A stretch of 64,000 nucleotides of DNA from NCBI RefSeq assembly GCF_009914755.1, contig NC_060928.1; one strand, given 5' to 3'. The position numbers were made by a program, and so were the translations under genes. The notes under the pieces were generated by a model. The model ran no database searches. It saw only the letters and a program-made list of their open reading frames with translations, and was not told where the DNA came from. Every line of letters begins with the position of its first letter. Within the stretch, counting starts at the first letter, position 1. Source of the DNA: the human T2T-CHM13v2.0 reference genome, Homo sapiens. Positions 14,301 to 27,848 of the stretch are shown here, one piece after another.

Positions 14301-15997
14301 AATACATAAAGAGGCTTTTCTATAGAAGTATATTGTCCTAGTAGAAGTCAATGCTAATGAATCTTCAGTGCTAATTAGTCATCTTCCTAAGGAGATGCTG
14401 TTTTCTTTGTGAATCGGGTACTCTAATCAAAATAGACTTTGTAAATTTGTTAAAAATTCCAAAGTTTCTGAAGAAGACTGCTCTCTTTGGATTCCTGACA
14501 CAGAATTTAACCAGAAGGTAAAAAGAAAGAAGAGGAAAATAAACAAGATTGCCATGAAGGGTTGACATATTAGGATAAAAAGGACAATACCCCCACCATA
14601 CACATACATACAGGTGCATGTACACACCCACACTCACACACACACACATGCAAATACAGCAAGTCAGTAGAAATTAAGCAGACAGTGGGAAAAGGGGAAG
14701 TTTACATTCTAAGCATGCTTGTCAATCATGCTGGTGAATAGCAACATTAAAGAATCATAATCTGATAACAAAACTGAGAATTCAGATAAAAACAATTTAA
14801 GTATGGTTTTGTTCCTCTTACTGCTCTGCAACTGAAAGATAATAAAAATATCTACAAAATCTAGTAGGTAAATTAAATATTTACCTTAGCTCTTCTGCCA
14901 ATAAAAGGAAGAGACCCTTAGCATGCCAAGAAATTCAATGATTTTGTTGTTTATTGTAATAACAAAGCTGGCCTCATAAATATATTCGTACAGATAAGTG
15001 ACTTGGAAATAAGGGTACTTCCACCATTTATTTCAGCTGTTCTCTCAGATCCACTATCTAGTAATGGGATTTGTAAACATATTAAGATTCAATTTGAACA
15101 TTCTGTTAAAATGCTGGTCTTGAAAAGATAAAACATTATAACTTGCAATATCACAATTTATTCTATTTGCAATTATCACAATGAGTACATGTCAGTTGCA
15201 CCAATGTTAAATAAGAACTTATGTTTATTACAGTTTGATGACATTATAGATGTCATCTCTAAAACTATGTAGGTTATTCTTTTATAAAATACAAAATATT
15301 TAAATATTATCAGCCCTTTTTAAAGTAAGAGATTGACTACCAACTCCTAGTCTTAACTTTTGTTTTTTGTGCTTGCTTTTCTAGGGCACTATTTAAAAAA
15401 AAAAAAAAAAAAGGCCCTGACTAAATTGTAATGCAAAATATTTAAATACTACTATATGCAAAATTATGTTATTAGAATTTTAATCATACTTTTACCCTAG
15501 ATTTTTTTAAATGCCTACTTAAATGTAGTAAATATTTCCATTTTTTTTGAAGTTTTTTCTTTTTATTATTCATTCAGTTACTGTGTTTCAGTAACTGCAG
15601 GAAAAATAAGCTACTTTGGTATTTCAAAACTTGAAATACCAAAGAGAAAACAGACCCCTTATAGAGCCAGATCCATTTAGAATTTTTCCTCCTGATTCAT
15701 TCTCATGCGTATATTTTGGGTAGCTTTCTATAAAATTACAAGGTCTTTTTAAGAATGTAGCTTGTTTTCACTTTCTCATAGACTTAATAAATAATCTAGG
15801 ACTTATCTAATTCCATAGCAAGGATTTAACCAGCATAGCTTCACTTGACTTCTAAAAATATTTTATGCTCTTTGTTTGAAAAGGTGGACACAGTAGGAAA
15901 GTCTAATGCAATTGCAAATAAGTTTTACCAAAGCAAACCACACAGTTCATTTTAAAGTTGAGCTCTTAGAAGCTCACCCTTTTTTGAGGGATTGAGG

Positions 15998-16268
15998 TGT
16001 TTGTTTGTTTGTTTGTTTGCTTGTTTTTGAGATGGAGTCGCGCTCTGCCGTCAGGCTGGAGTGCAGGGTCTCCAACTTGGCTCACTGCAACCTCCGCCTC
16101 CCAAGTTCAAGCGATTCTCCTGCTTCAGCCGCCTGAGTAGCTGGGACTACAAGCACGTGCCACCACGCCCAGCTAATTTTTGTATTTTTAGAAGAGTCAG
16201 GGTTTCACCACGTTGGCCAGTTGGCCAGGATGATCTCGATCTCTTGACCTCGTGATCCGCCTGTCTCC
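15998..16268 (-). mobile_element. AluSc, 5'-truncated, (GTTT)n tail
   Basis: Sc-type ggccaggatgatctcgatctcttgacctcgtgatcc; 8-bp internal duplication ttggccag; flanked by aggtgt on both sides. Confidence 0.85.
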
Positions 16269-16386
16269 AGGTGTGTTTTAGAAGAAAGCCTACTTACTCC
16301 CAGGCATGCATTCCTTTCTTTTATAACATTAAAATGTTGCAACGCAACTTTTTGCTTTATACAAATGCATATGTGTATATGTGTAT

Positions 16387-16905
16387 TGCCATGGTTAATA
16401 CCGAATGTCAACTTGATTGGATTGAAGGATGCAAAGCATTGTTCCTAGGTGTGTGTATGTCAGGGTGTTACCAAAAGATGTTAACATTTGAGTCAGTGGA
16501 CTGGGAGAGGCAGACCCACACTCAATCTAGGTGGGCATCATTTAATCAGCTGCCTGCACCCCTGGAGTAAAACAGGCAGAAGAAAGTGGAATGAGCAGAC
16601 TCACTGAGACTTCCAGCCTTCATCTTTCTTCTGTGCTGGATGCTTCCTGCTCTTCTACATCTGACTCCAAGTTCTTCAACTTTTGGGCTCTTGGACATCC
16701 ACCAGTGATTTGCCAGGTGCCCTTGGGCCTTTGACCACAGACTGAAGGCTGCACTGCCAGCTTCCCTATTTCTGAGTTTTTGGGACACAGACTGGTTTCC
16801 ATTCTCCTCAGCTTGCAGATGGCCTATTGTGAGATTTCACCTTGTGACTGTGTGAGTCAACACTCCTAAATAAAGTCCCATATATATATATATACACATA
16901 TATAT

Positions 16906-16938
<33 letters not shown>

Positions 16939-16991
16939 CATACGTATATATCCTACTAGTTCTGTCCCTCTAGGGAGCCCTGACTAATATA
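16387..16991 (+). mobile_element. MLT2A2-like HERV-L solo LTR
   Basis: atggttaata...tgtcaacttgattggattgaaggatgcaaag start and tctgtccctctag...ccctgactaata end; perfect 5-bp TSD tgtat (16382-16386, 16992-16996). Confidence 0.9.
16880..16951 (+). repeat. Compound (TA)n/(CA)n microsatellite inside the MLT2A LTR
   Basis: Alternating TA and CA runs seen directly. Confidence 0.9.
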
Positions 16992-17469
16992 TGTATGTAT
17001 ATATCTATATAATATATATTACAATGTTATTATTTAGATTTTTTCTAGATTTTTCTCTTTATTTTAATGAAGACCATTGTAAGCAGTCCAAAATACTCGG
17101 TTTTTTTTCTTTAAGCTTCATTGAAATTCTACTGTTTCTTATTACCTCATTTCTCTATGCCAAAGAAGATTTTTAATTAAGGTTATATGCATCCAGGGTC
17201 ATTAATAATCTGCTGATTAATTGCCACCACATGATTTTATGATGGCTTCTTTGGAAAGGTTATAAATTATGTTTAAGCTCTAAATGCTAGGCCATTCAAA
17301 ATGAATTAAAAAAACAGTAAGGTCTGATTAACTGAGAAAATGAAAGGAAATTGAAGACAAGAAAATAAATAGTTAAATAAGGAATGTTATTGATAGGATG
17401 CTAGGTTAATTATTCAATTTTAGCTATTGTAGTGAACTTACAGCTGAAAAACTTACTAAGTAGTATAAA

Positions 17470-17640
17470 AGATATTTTGAACGTTGTCATCACAAAAAAA
17501 TGATAAATATTTAGGGTGATGAATATGGTAATTATTCTGATTTATCATTATACTATGTATACATGCACTGAAACATCACCTAGTACCCCCAAAATATCTA
17601 TGATTATGTGTTAATTAGAAATTTAAAAAATAAGTAATAA
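17470..17640 (+). mobile_element. L1MA-type 3' end fragment
   Basis: cacaaaaaaatgataaatatttagggtgatgaatatg...aaacatcac...A-rich end. Confidence 0.7.
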
Positions 17641-18379
17641 GTCAACTCAGTAGGCTTTGTAAATATCTATATGTGCAGATAGAGATAACACTATGATGTT
17701 TTATTCTGAATCATTCATAAAGGCTTATAACTAACTAATAAGCTCAATATTTTAATATTAATGGGGATCTCTTCATAAATTATAACTTGTTAAATAGAGC
17801 TTCTCTAAATTTTGTCTTCTACTTCTGTCAACTAGACACTGCTGTATGTGACATTTTGTTACAAATAATGTTTTAACACTTCCAGCACTAACTTTAATCT
17901 GGGTTCACATATTACAAAGTGAACTTCACTTGAATATTATTATTATGTACATTTTGACCTTGATCAGAGATGTTGGTCTTCAAAATATCCAGGCCACATG
18001 GTCATAGAAGGTATACATGGAAAGTCAAAGCAAATTATAATAACCTAATGAAGACTGTATTTTTTTGTATGCCCTTCAATTTTCATATGACTACTAGTTT
18101 TAGAAGAATGCGACTACTTATAAAAATAAAATAAATAATTAAGCAGAAATATTTCACTCTAAGAAGTCTGAAGGACCATATCGAAAATGTTTAGAAGGGA
18201 CAGTGATAAGATAGCGATTAATAGTAAGGTGCAAATAACCAAGTCAGTTAAATGTAAATGTTATTCTATACATGCATGAATACATATGTATTGAAGGAAG
18301 AAAGGGATTAACAGATAAAAAGCAATAAAGATGGACCATTTATAATTTTTAATAATCAAAAACAGAATAGTATTGTATA

Positions 18380-20930
18380 GCATTATTGAGATATATTTTA
18401 CATACCATAAAATTTACCCGTGTAAAGTGCACAGACAGATCAATGGTTTTCAGTATCTTGAGAGTTGCTCAGCCATCACTAAAATCTAATTTTAGATTAT
18501 TTAAACAGCCTCAAAAGAAATTATTAGCAGATTAGCAGTCATTCCTCACCCTCAACCACATTCCAACTTTTCCTTTTACCCACCACCAGCTCTTGGAAAA
18601 TACTCATCTACTTTCTTTCTCTGTACATTTGCCTATTTTAGAAATTTCACGCAAATGGATTAATGCACGATGAATATTTTTGTGACTGGCTTCTTTCACT
18701 TAGCATAATATTTCAAGGTTTACCCATGAGGTAGAATGTACTGACACTTTATTTTTTACTGTCTAAAAATGTTCCATTATATTTATGTACTAAATATTGT
18801 TATCCATTCACTAGCTGATAAACATTGATAGGTTATCTTCTATTTTGGCTATTATGAATAATGCTGTTATAAACATTCACATGCATTTCTTTGTAGACGT
18901 ATGTTTTCATTTCTCTTTGGTAACTAGAAATTTATTTTCTGAGTCATAAGGTGACTATCTCCAAGTTTAGCATTTTGAGTGAATGTCAAACATTTTCAAA
19001 GTCAATGCACCATTTTAAATTCACTCAACAATTTCTGAGGTTTCCAAAACTTGCTATTGTCTGCATTTTTTATTATAGCCATTGTAATGAATGTAAAATG
19101 GTATGTCATTATGGTTTTGATTTGCATTTACTTAATGACTAATGATGTTGAACATCTATTCAGGTGCTTATTGGCAATGTATATATACCTTCCTTCTAGA
19201 AAAATTATACTTAAATTATGTTCTCATTTTTAAATTGGGTTGTCTTTTTGTTGAGTTCGAAGAGTTCTTTATAAATTCTCAACGTTAGGTCCTTTACTAG
19301 ATACGTGATTTGCAAAAAAAAAAAAAGATCCCATTCTATCTTTTTTTTTTTTTTTACTTTCTTAATGATGCCCTTTGATGTTAACTTTGATAAAGTCCAA
19401 TTTACCTCTTTTTTTCTTTTGCTGCTTGTCCTTTTGATACCTTATTGAAGAAACCATTGTCTAATTCAAGGACATGAAGACACACTCCTGTGTTTTCTTT
19501 GAAGAATGTCATAGCTTTAGCACTTACATTTTTTTTGCTTTTAAATTTTATTATTATTTCTGGGGTACATGGGTAGGATATGCAGGTTTGTTACATAAGT
19601 AAATGTGTGCTGTGGTGGTTTGCTGTACTTATCAACCCATCACCTAGGTATTAAGCTGAACATATATTAGCTATTTTTCCTAATGCTCTCCCTCCCCCAA
19701 TCCCATCCCTCAACTGGCCGCAGCATGGGTTATTCCCCTCCCTGTGTCCATTTGTTTTCATTGTTCAGCTCCCACTTATAAGTGAGAACATGCAGTGTTT
19801 GGTTTTCTGTTCCTGTGTTAGTTTGCTAGGATAATGGCTTCCAGCTTCACCCATGTCACTACAAAGAACATGATCTCATTCCTTTTTATGGCTTCATAGT
19901 ATTCCATGGTTTATATGTACCACATTTTCTTTATCCAGTCTATCATTCATGGACATTTTGGTTGATTCCATATCTTTGTTATTGTGAATAGTGCTGTAAT
20001 GAAGATACATGTGCATGTATCTTTGTAATAGAATGATTTATATTTTGGGGGGTGTATATCCAGTAATGGGACTGCTGGGTCAATGGTATTTCTGGTTCTA
20101 GATCTTTGAGGAATTGCCACACTCTCTTCCACAATGATTGAACTAATCTGACCTTTGACAAACCTGACATAAGAAAGCAATGGTGAAAGGGTTCCCTATG
20201 TAATAAATGGTGCTGGGAGAACCGGCTGCCCATATGCAGAAAATTGAAACTGGACCCTTTCATCAAACCTTGTACAAAAATTAACTCAAGATGGATTAAA
20301 GACTGAAATATAAAACCCAAAACTATAAATCCCTAGAAGAAAATCTAGGCGATACCATTCAGTTCATAGGCATTGGCAAATATTTCATGATGAAACGTCC
20401 AAAAGCAATTGCAACAAAAGCCAGAATTGACAAATGGGATCTAATTAAACTAAAGAGATTCTGCACAGCAAAATAAACTATCATCAGAGTAAGCAGGCAA
20501 TCTACAGAGTGGGAGAAAATTTTTGCAATCTATTCATCTGAAAAAGGTCTAATATCCAGAATCTACAAGGAACCCAAACAAATTTACAACAAAAAAAGGA
20601 ACAATCCCGTTAAAAAGTACGCAAAGGATAAGAACACATACTTCTCAAAAGAAGATATTCATGCAGCCAACAAACATGAAAATAACTCAACATCACTGAT
20701 CATTAGAGAAATGCCAATTAAATTCACAATGAGATACCATCTCACACCAGTCAGTCAGAACGGCAATTACTAAAAAGTCAAGAAACAACAGATGCTGGCG
20801 AGGAGAAATAGGAACACTCTTACACCGTTGGTGGGGATGTATCACTTACATTTTAATATATGACTAATTTTAAGTAATTTTTTTGTGCATAGTGTAAGAA
20901 AAAGGTCCAACTTCATTATTTTGCAGGTCA
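18380..20930 (-). mobile_element. L1MB-type element (3' UTR and ORF2 end), interrupted at 19533-20842
   Basis: ttattgagatatattttacataccataaaatttacc start; the sequence resumes colinearly after the TSD at 20843. Confidence 0.8.
19533..20842 (-). mobile_element. L1PA8-10-like insertion with 5' inversion (antisense 19533-20147, sense 20146-20842)
   Basis: Strand switch at aactaat/ctgacctttgacaaacc; 12-bp TSD cacttacatttt at 19521-19532 and 20843-20854. Confidence 0.9.
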
Positions 20931-21576
20931 CCATATACAAATACAGATCACATGTCTTTTTTGGAATCTGAAAGAGTCCAAGTTACAACAAAACAGAATA
21001 TGAATATCAACAAGTAGGAATTTATTTAGAGGAGACTGATGAAAAGATAATAATCCACTGCTGATATAGCAAATCTAAGTGGCATTGCAATAAATAATTT
21101 CTTTGACACGTACTAACCACAAATATCAGCTTATCATCAACTTGAATGTAAAAACTCTATAATTAATATCATCAACAATATAAATATTGTCAACCATTTA
21201 GTACTCTTATGTTCTAAGTCTAATGATATACGTATACACATTATATTTATATATTTATTTATATATATAAAATTTTATTTACCTCAGTATGAACACATGA
21301 AGGGACACTATGATTATTATCACTTTAAATATTAGAAGGGTAAAGTTAATAGAATTTATATAATATATCTGAAATTTATCTAACTCTGAAGTGTGTGCAC
21401 TTCATTGTTATACCATGGCCTTTTTTAAAAGTGATGAGAATTTGTTTCCTTTTGGGTTTATTACCTTTTCTTTTATATATAAATGCCTCCTCTCTCAACA
21501 CAAACATCAGTTTGCCTGGACACTGCTACCACATTGAACTAATCATCTTACTCATTGCTTGCACTCTCTCTCTTTA

Positions 21577-21894
<318 letters not shown>

Positions 21895-22020
21895 TCTTTT
21901 TTTTTTTTTTTTTTGTATTTTGTATTTTTTAGCAGGGTATCACTCTGTCTCCCAGGCTGGAGTGCAGTGGTGCAATCACAGCTCACTGCAGCCCTAACCT
22001 CCTGGGCTCAAACGATCCTC
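21895..22020 (-). mobile_element. AluJ right-arm fragment
   Basis: gcaatcacagctcactgcagcc...cctcctgggctcaa (J-type positions) with T tail. Confidence 0.8.
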
Positions 22021-22210
22021 TGGAAAGTTTTTCATCTCTTTGATCGCTACAAAATCTCTATTTAGTCACAATAATATATAATAAATCGCTTTATCTTAAT
22101 TCCTTGAAATCTAACTTAGCTTGCTACATCTCTACATAAAGAGGAATTAAAGTCATTTCCTAACTAAAACCCAGTGGAAGTGTTCCCATGCTTTGGTATC
22201 TTAGTTTGAC

Positions 22211-22420
22211 TGTGTTGGAACCTTACCTTGCCAATTTGGTTAGCCTGGAATTCTGTTTCCTAAAATTTTCTTCCTTGAATAGGGACCATGGTGAACTTTG
22301 GCCTATAGACATACTTAGTAATTTGAGAAATAGAAGCAAGGCAGCAACCATTACTCTATGAAAAAATAGTAGTAGGTGGGTAGTTGTAATCACAAATGCC
22401 TAGCACCTCCATGCTACAAC
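22211..22420. mobile_element. LTR33-like ERVL LTR fragment
   Basis: ttggttagcctggaattctgtttcc...agaagcaaggcagcaaccattactct resembles LTR33; recalled, highly diverged. Confidence 0.35.
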
Positions 22421-22634
22421 CAGCTATTCCTAAGTGTAATGTTTCTGTGTGTGTCTGTTTACTTCATTAATATCAAATAAGTACAATTTGGTGCTATAGT
22501 TTTGTTCACAAATTATGTAAATTGTTATTGATTGTATCTTCCAGCATTTCTCAAGTATGCATATGTATATAATTTTTAATTAGCCCAGTTCTTAATGCCA
22601 ATCATTTACAACTGCCTTAAGAAATGTAGCTATT

Positions 22635-22982
<348 letters not shown>

Positions 22983-24838
22983 TTAGCATCTAAGAATAGT
23001 CTGTGCTATGGCTTATAGAAGAAGCAACACCAGAATTTCAGTGGCAATGCAAACAACGTTATTTCTTGCTCTGCTATGCCACATCAAGCTTGAGTGACTC
23101 TCTAGGACGGTTGACTCCCATTTTATGGTGTACGATTCTGGATTGCTTTAAACTTATGGCAATTCCCTGTCCAGATACACTACCATAACCCCCACAAAAG
23201 ACAGCTGTAACTTGTGTGCAGTCTTCATTGATGAAAGGGATTATGTGGAAAACTTTACATCAAAGATATGATGAAATGAAATATCCCCTTATGCACAGAA
23301 GGAAAAGTGGATAGGGATTATTAGTGAGCAGCATTAAATACTGCATATGTAACCCAAGTAAACTTTAAAGTGTACGCATAGAATGAATTAGGGAGGTTCC
23401 TTCTTTGTCTATCTTGTGTAATAGTGTCAAAAAGATTGGTACCAATTCTTCTTTGAATGTCTGGTAGAATTCTGCTGTGAATCCATCTGGTCCTAGACTT
23501 TTTTGTTGTTGGTAATTTTTAAATTACCATTTCAATCTTGCTGCTTGTTATTGCTCTGTTTGGGGTATCTAATTCTTCCTGATTTAAGCTAGGAGGGTTG
23601 TATTTTTCCAGGAATTTATCCATCTCTTCTAGGTTTTCTACTTTATGTGCATAAAGGCATTCATAGCCTTGAATGATCTTTTGTATTTCAGTGGTACAGA
23701 TATAATACCTCTTGTTTCATTTCTCTAAGAGGTTATTTGGATTTCCTCTCTTCTTTTCTTGGGTAATCTTGCCAATGGTCTGTCAATTTTATTTATCTTT
23801 TCAAAGACACAGTTTTTCATTTCATTTGTCTTTTGTGTTTTTCTGTTTATTTGTTTGTTTCAAATTCATTTAGTTCTGATCTGATCTTTAAGCCAGCATC
23901 ACCCTAATACCAAAACCAGGAAAGGACATAACCAAAAAAAAAACTACAGACAGATATCCTTGATGAACATAGATGATAAAATCCTTAACATAATACTAGC
24001 TAACCAAATCCAACAACATATCAAAAAGATAATCCATGATGATCACGTGGGTTTCATATCAGGGATGCAAGGATAGTTTAACATATGCAAGTCAATAAAT
24101 GTGATACACCACATAAACAGAATTAAAAACATAAATCACATGATCATTTCAATAGATGCAGAAAAGCATTCAACAAAATCCAGCATCATTATATAATTAA
24201 AACTCTCAGCAAAATTGGCATACGAGGGACATACCTTAATATAATAAAAACCATCTCTGACAAAACCACAGCCAACATAATACTGAATGGGGAAAAGTTG
24301 AAAGTGTTTCTTCTGAAGACTAGAACAAGACAAGGATGCCCACTCTCACTACTCCTCTTCAACATAGTACTGGAAAGTCTTAGCCAGAGCAGTCAGACAA
24401 GAAAAAAATAAAGGGCATCCAAATCAGTAAAGAGGAAGTCAAACTATCACGGTTTGCTGATGATATGATTATTTACCATGAAAACCCTGAGGACTACTCC
24501 AGAAAGCTCCTAGAACTGATAAAAGAATTCAGCAAAGTTTCTGGATACAAGACTAATGTACACAAATCAGCAGCTCTTTTATACACCAACAGAGACCAAG
24601 TGGAGAATCAAATCAAGAACTCAACCCCTTTTTAAATAACTGCCAAAAAAATTACTTAGGAATATACCTAACCAAACAGTCAAAAGACTTCTACAAGGAA
24701 AACTACAAAACGCTGCTGAAAGAAATTATAGATGACACAAACAAATGGAAACACATCCTATGCTCATGGATGGGTAGAACCAATATTGTGGAAATGACAG
24801 TATTGTGAAAAGCAATCCACAAAGTCAATGCAATCCCC

Positions 24839-25159
24839 ATGAGAATACCGCCATCATTCTTCATAGAAGTAGAAAAAACAATTTTAAAATTTATGTGGAA
24901 CCAAAAAATAGCCCACAAAGCCAAAGCAAGACTTTTAAGCAAAAAGAACAAACCTGGAGGCATAACACTGCCTGATTTCAAACTATGCTATAAAGCCATA
25001 GTCACCAAAACAGTGTGGTACTGGTACAAAAACAGGTACATAGACCAATGGAACAGAATAGAGAACCCAGAAATAAACCCAAATACTTATAGCCAACTGA
25101 TCTTTGACAAAGCAAACAAAAACATAAAGTGGGAAAAGGACACCCATTTCAACAAATGA
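24839..25159 (+). pseudogene. Decayed L1 ORF2 fragment
   Basis: Translation matches the ORF2p C-terminal region; frameshifts and stops on both sides. Confidence 0.85.
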
Positions 25160-26031
25160 TGCTGGGATAATTGGCTAGCCATGTGTAGGAGAATGAAACT
25201 GGATCCTTATCTCTTACCTACTGAAAAAAAATCAACTCAAGATGGATTAAGAACTTAAACCTAAGACCTGAAACTATAAAAATTCTAGAAGATAACTTTG
25301 GAAAAACTTTTCTAGACATTGGCTTAGGCAAGGATTTCATGACCGAGAACCCAAAAACAAATGCAATAAAAAACAAAGATAAATAGCTGATACATAATTA
25401 AACTAAAGAGCGTTTGCATGACAAAAGGAACAGTCAGCAGAGTAAACAGACAGCTCATAGAATGGGTAGAATGGGAGACAATCGTCACAATGTATACATC
25501 TGACAAAGGACAAATATCCAGAATCTACAAGAAACTCAAACAAATCAGTAAGAAAAAAAAAAGTCCCATCAAAAAGTGGGCTAAGGACAAGAATAGACAA
25601 TTCTCAAAGAAGATATACAAATGACCAACAAACATATGAAAAAATGCTCAACATCACTAATGACCAGGGAAATGCAAATGAAAACCAAAATGCAATACCA
25701 CCTCACTCCTGCAAGAATGGCCATAATCAAAAAATCAAAAAACAGTTGATGTTGGCATGGATGTGGTGAACAAGGAACACTTCTTCACTGCTGGTGGGAA
25801 TGTAAACTAGTAGAGCTGCTATGGAAAACAGTGTGGAGATTCCTTAAAGAACTAAAAGTAGAACTACCACTGATGCAGAAATCCCACTACTGGGTATCTA
25901 CCCAGAAGAAAAGAAGTCATTATTTGAAAAAAATATTTGCACTTACATGTTTATAGCAGCACAATTCACAATTGCAAAATCTTGGAACCAAACCAAATGC
26001 CCATCAATCAACAAGTGGATAAAGAAACTGG

Positions 26032-26530
26032 TATATACATATTATATATATATATAGATATATATATATATATACCATTGGTATCTATATATATATATAT
26101 ATATATATATACCATTGGTATATAGATATATATATATATATACCATTGGTATCTATATATATATATATATATATACCAATGGTATATATATATATACCTA
26201 TATATATATAGTGTGTGTATATATATATGCCATATATATATATACCAATATATATACCATATATGGTATATATATACACTATATATATATACATGGTATA
26301 TACCATGTATATACCATGTATATATATATACACACACACAAACTGGTATATATATATATATACACAAACTGGTATATATATATATATATATACACACACA
26401 AACTGGTATATATATATACCATTGGTATATATATATATATATACAAACTGGTGTATATATATATACACCAATGGTATATATATATACACAAACTGGTATA
26501 TATATATATATATATATATACACACAAACT

Positions 26531-26570
<40 letters not shown>

Positions 26571-26607
26571 AACTGGTATATATATATATATACACGCACA
26601 CCAATGG

Positions 26608-26646
<39 letters not shown>

Positions 26647-26652
26647 CAATGG

Positions 26653-26695
<43 letters not shown>

Positions 26696-26828
26696 CAATG
26701 GTGTGTGTATATATATATATATATATATACACCATTATATATATATTTATATATACCATTATATATATACCATTATATATATACATATATACACATATAT
26801 ACACACACACACACACACACATATATAT
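26032..26828. repeat. ~800-bp compound (TA)n/(CA)n array with recurring CCATTGG, CCAATGG and AAACTGGT words
   Basis: Seen directly; L1 sequence is colinear on both sides (aaagaaactgg ... atggaatacta). Confidence 0.95.
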
Positions 26829-27227
26829 AATGGAATACTATGCAGCCCTAAAAAGGAAAGAATTAACAGCATTTGCAGTGACCTGGATGAGATTGGAGAC
26901 TATTACTCCAAGTGAAGAAACTCAGGAACGGAAAACCAAACATCCTATGTTCTCACTGATATGTGGGAACTAAGCTATGAGGACGCAAAAGCATAAGAAT
27001 GATACAATAGACTTTGGGGACTTGAGAGGAAGTATGGGAGGGGGGCAAGGGATAAGAGACTACAAATATGGTTCAGTGTATACTGCTCAGGTGATAGGTG
27101 AGCCAAAATCTCACAAATTACCACTAAAGAACTTACTCATGCAACCAAATACCACCTGTACCCCAGTAACTTATGGAAAAAATAAAAATTAAAAAATTAC
27201 CCTGAAATGTATCACAAAAGAAGTTGG

Positions 27228-27675
27228 ATTTATGGGTTGAATTGTCTCCCGCCACACCTCCTGCCATATGTTGAAGTTATAACCTCTAGTACCTCAGAAG
27301 TGACTGTTTGGAGATATGGTCTTTACACAGGTAATCAAGTTAAAATGACATCATTAGGATAAGCTCAAACCCAATGTGACTAGTGTCTTTGTTAAAACAA
27401 GAAATTTGGACACAGAGAGAAACTTAGAGAGAAGACTGTGTGAAGAGACACAAGGAAAAGGCAGCCATCTGCAGCCAGTGGGAGATGCTGGAACAGATCT
27501 CGTCTTATAACCCTCAGAAGGGACAAACTCTGCTGGCCTCTTAAATTTGGACTTCTAGCCTCTAGAAATGAGACAAGAAATGTCTGTTGTTTAAGCTAAC
27601 CAATTTACAACAAAGTACCATAAATTTTACCCAATTTATGGTACTTTCTTACAGCAGCTCTAGGAAACTAATGCG
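27228..27675 (+). mobile_element. MLT1B-like MaLR solo LTR
   Basis: tatgggttgaattgtctccc...acctcagaa...ggtctttacacaggtaatcaagttaaaatg...ggacttctagcctctagaa...aaactaat. Confidence 0.85.
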
Positions 27676-27684
27676 GCTGGTTTG

Positions 27685-27848
27685 ATGGATGGTTGGAGGC
27701 TTGGATAGATGCACAGATATGTAATAAAACAAGTATAATAAAATGTTAATGATAGGTAGAATCAAGGTGGTGGGTTTATGGATGTTCACTGTAAAATTCT
27801 TTCAACTTTGCTGTATGTTTGAAATGTTTTAAATGTTGGCAGGAAAAG
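27685..27848 (+). mobile_element. L1ME 3' end fragment
   Basis: gtagaatcaaggtggtgggtttatggatgttcactgtaaaattctttcaactttgctgtatgtttgaa. Confidence 0.7.

Larger units (their letters stand above)
23377..27198 (+). mobile_element. L1PB1-like element with 5' inversion (inverted 23377-23889; sense ORF2 and 3' UTR 23890-27198)
   Basis: ORF2 remnants ([42 protein letters not shown]); L1PB-type 3' UTR gcagtgacctggatgagattggagac...taagctatgagga; strand switch at 23889/23890. Confidence 0.92.

Noticed and set aside
26032-26828. Repeat-spacer appearance resembling a CRISPR array
   Set aside because: The constant words are only 7-8 bp, the spacers are TA/CA runs, there are no cas genes, and the array lies inside a primate L1
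26008-26973. Longest ORFs in the window (139-266 aa, rich in Y/I/H/T/C/V)
   Set aside because: They are translations of (TA)n/(CA)n runs that lack stop codons and are open in several frames on both strands
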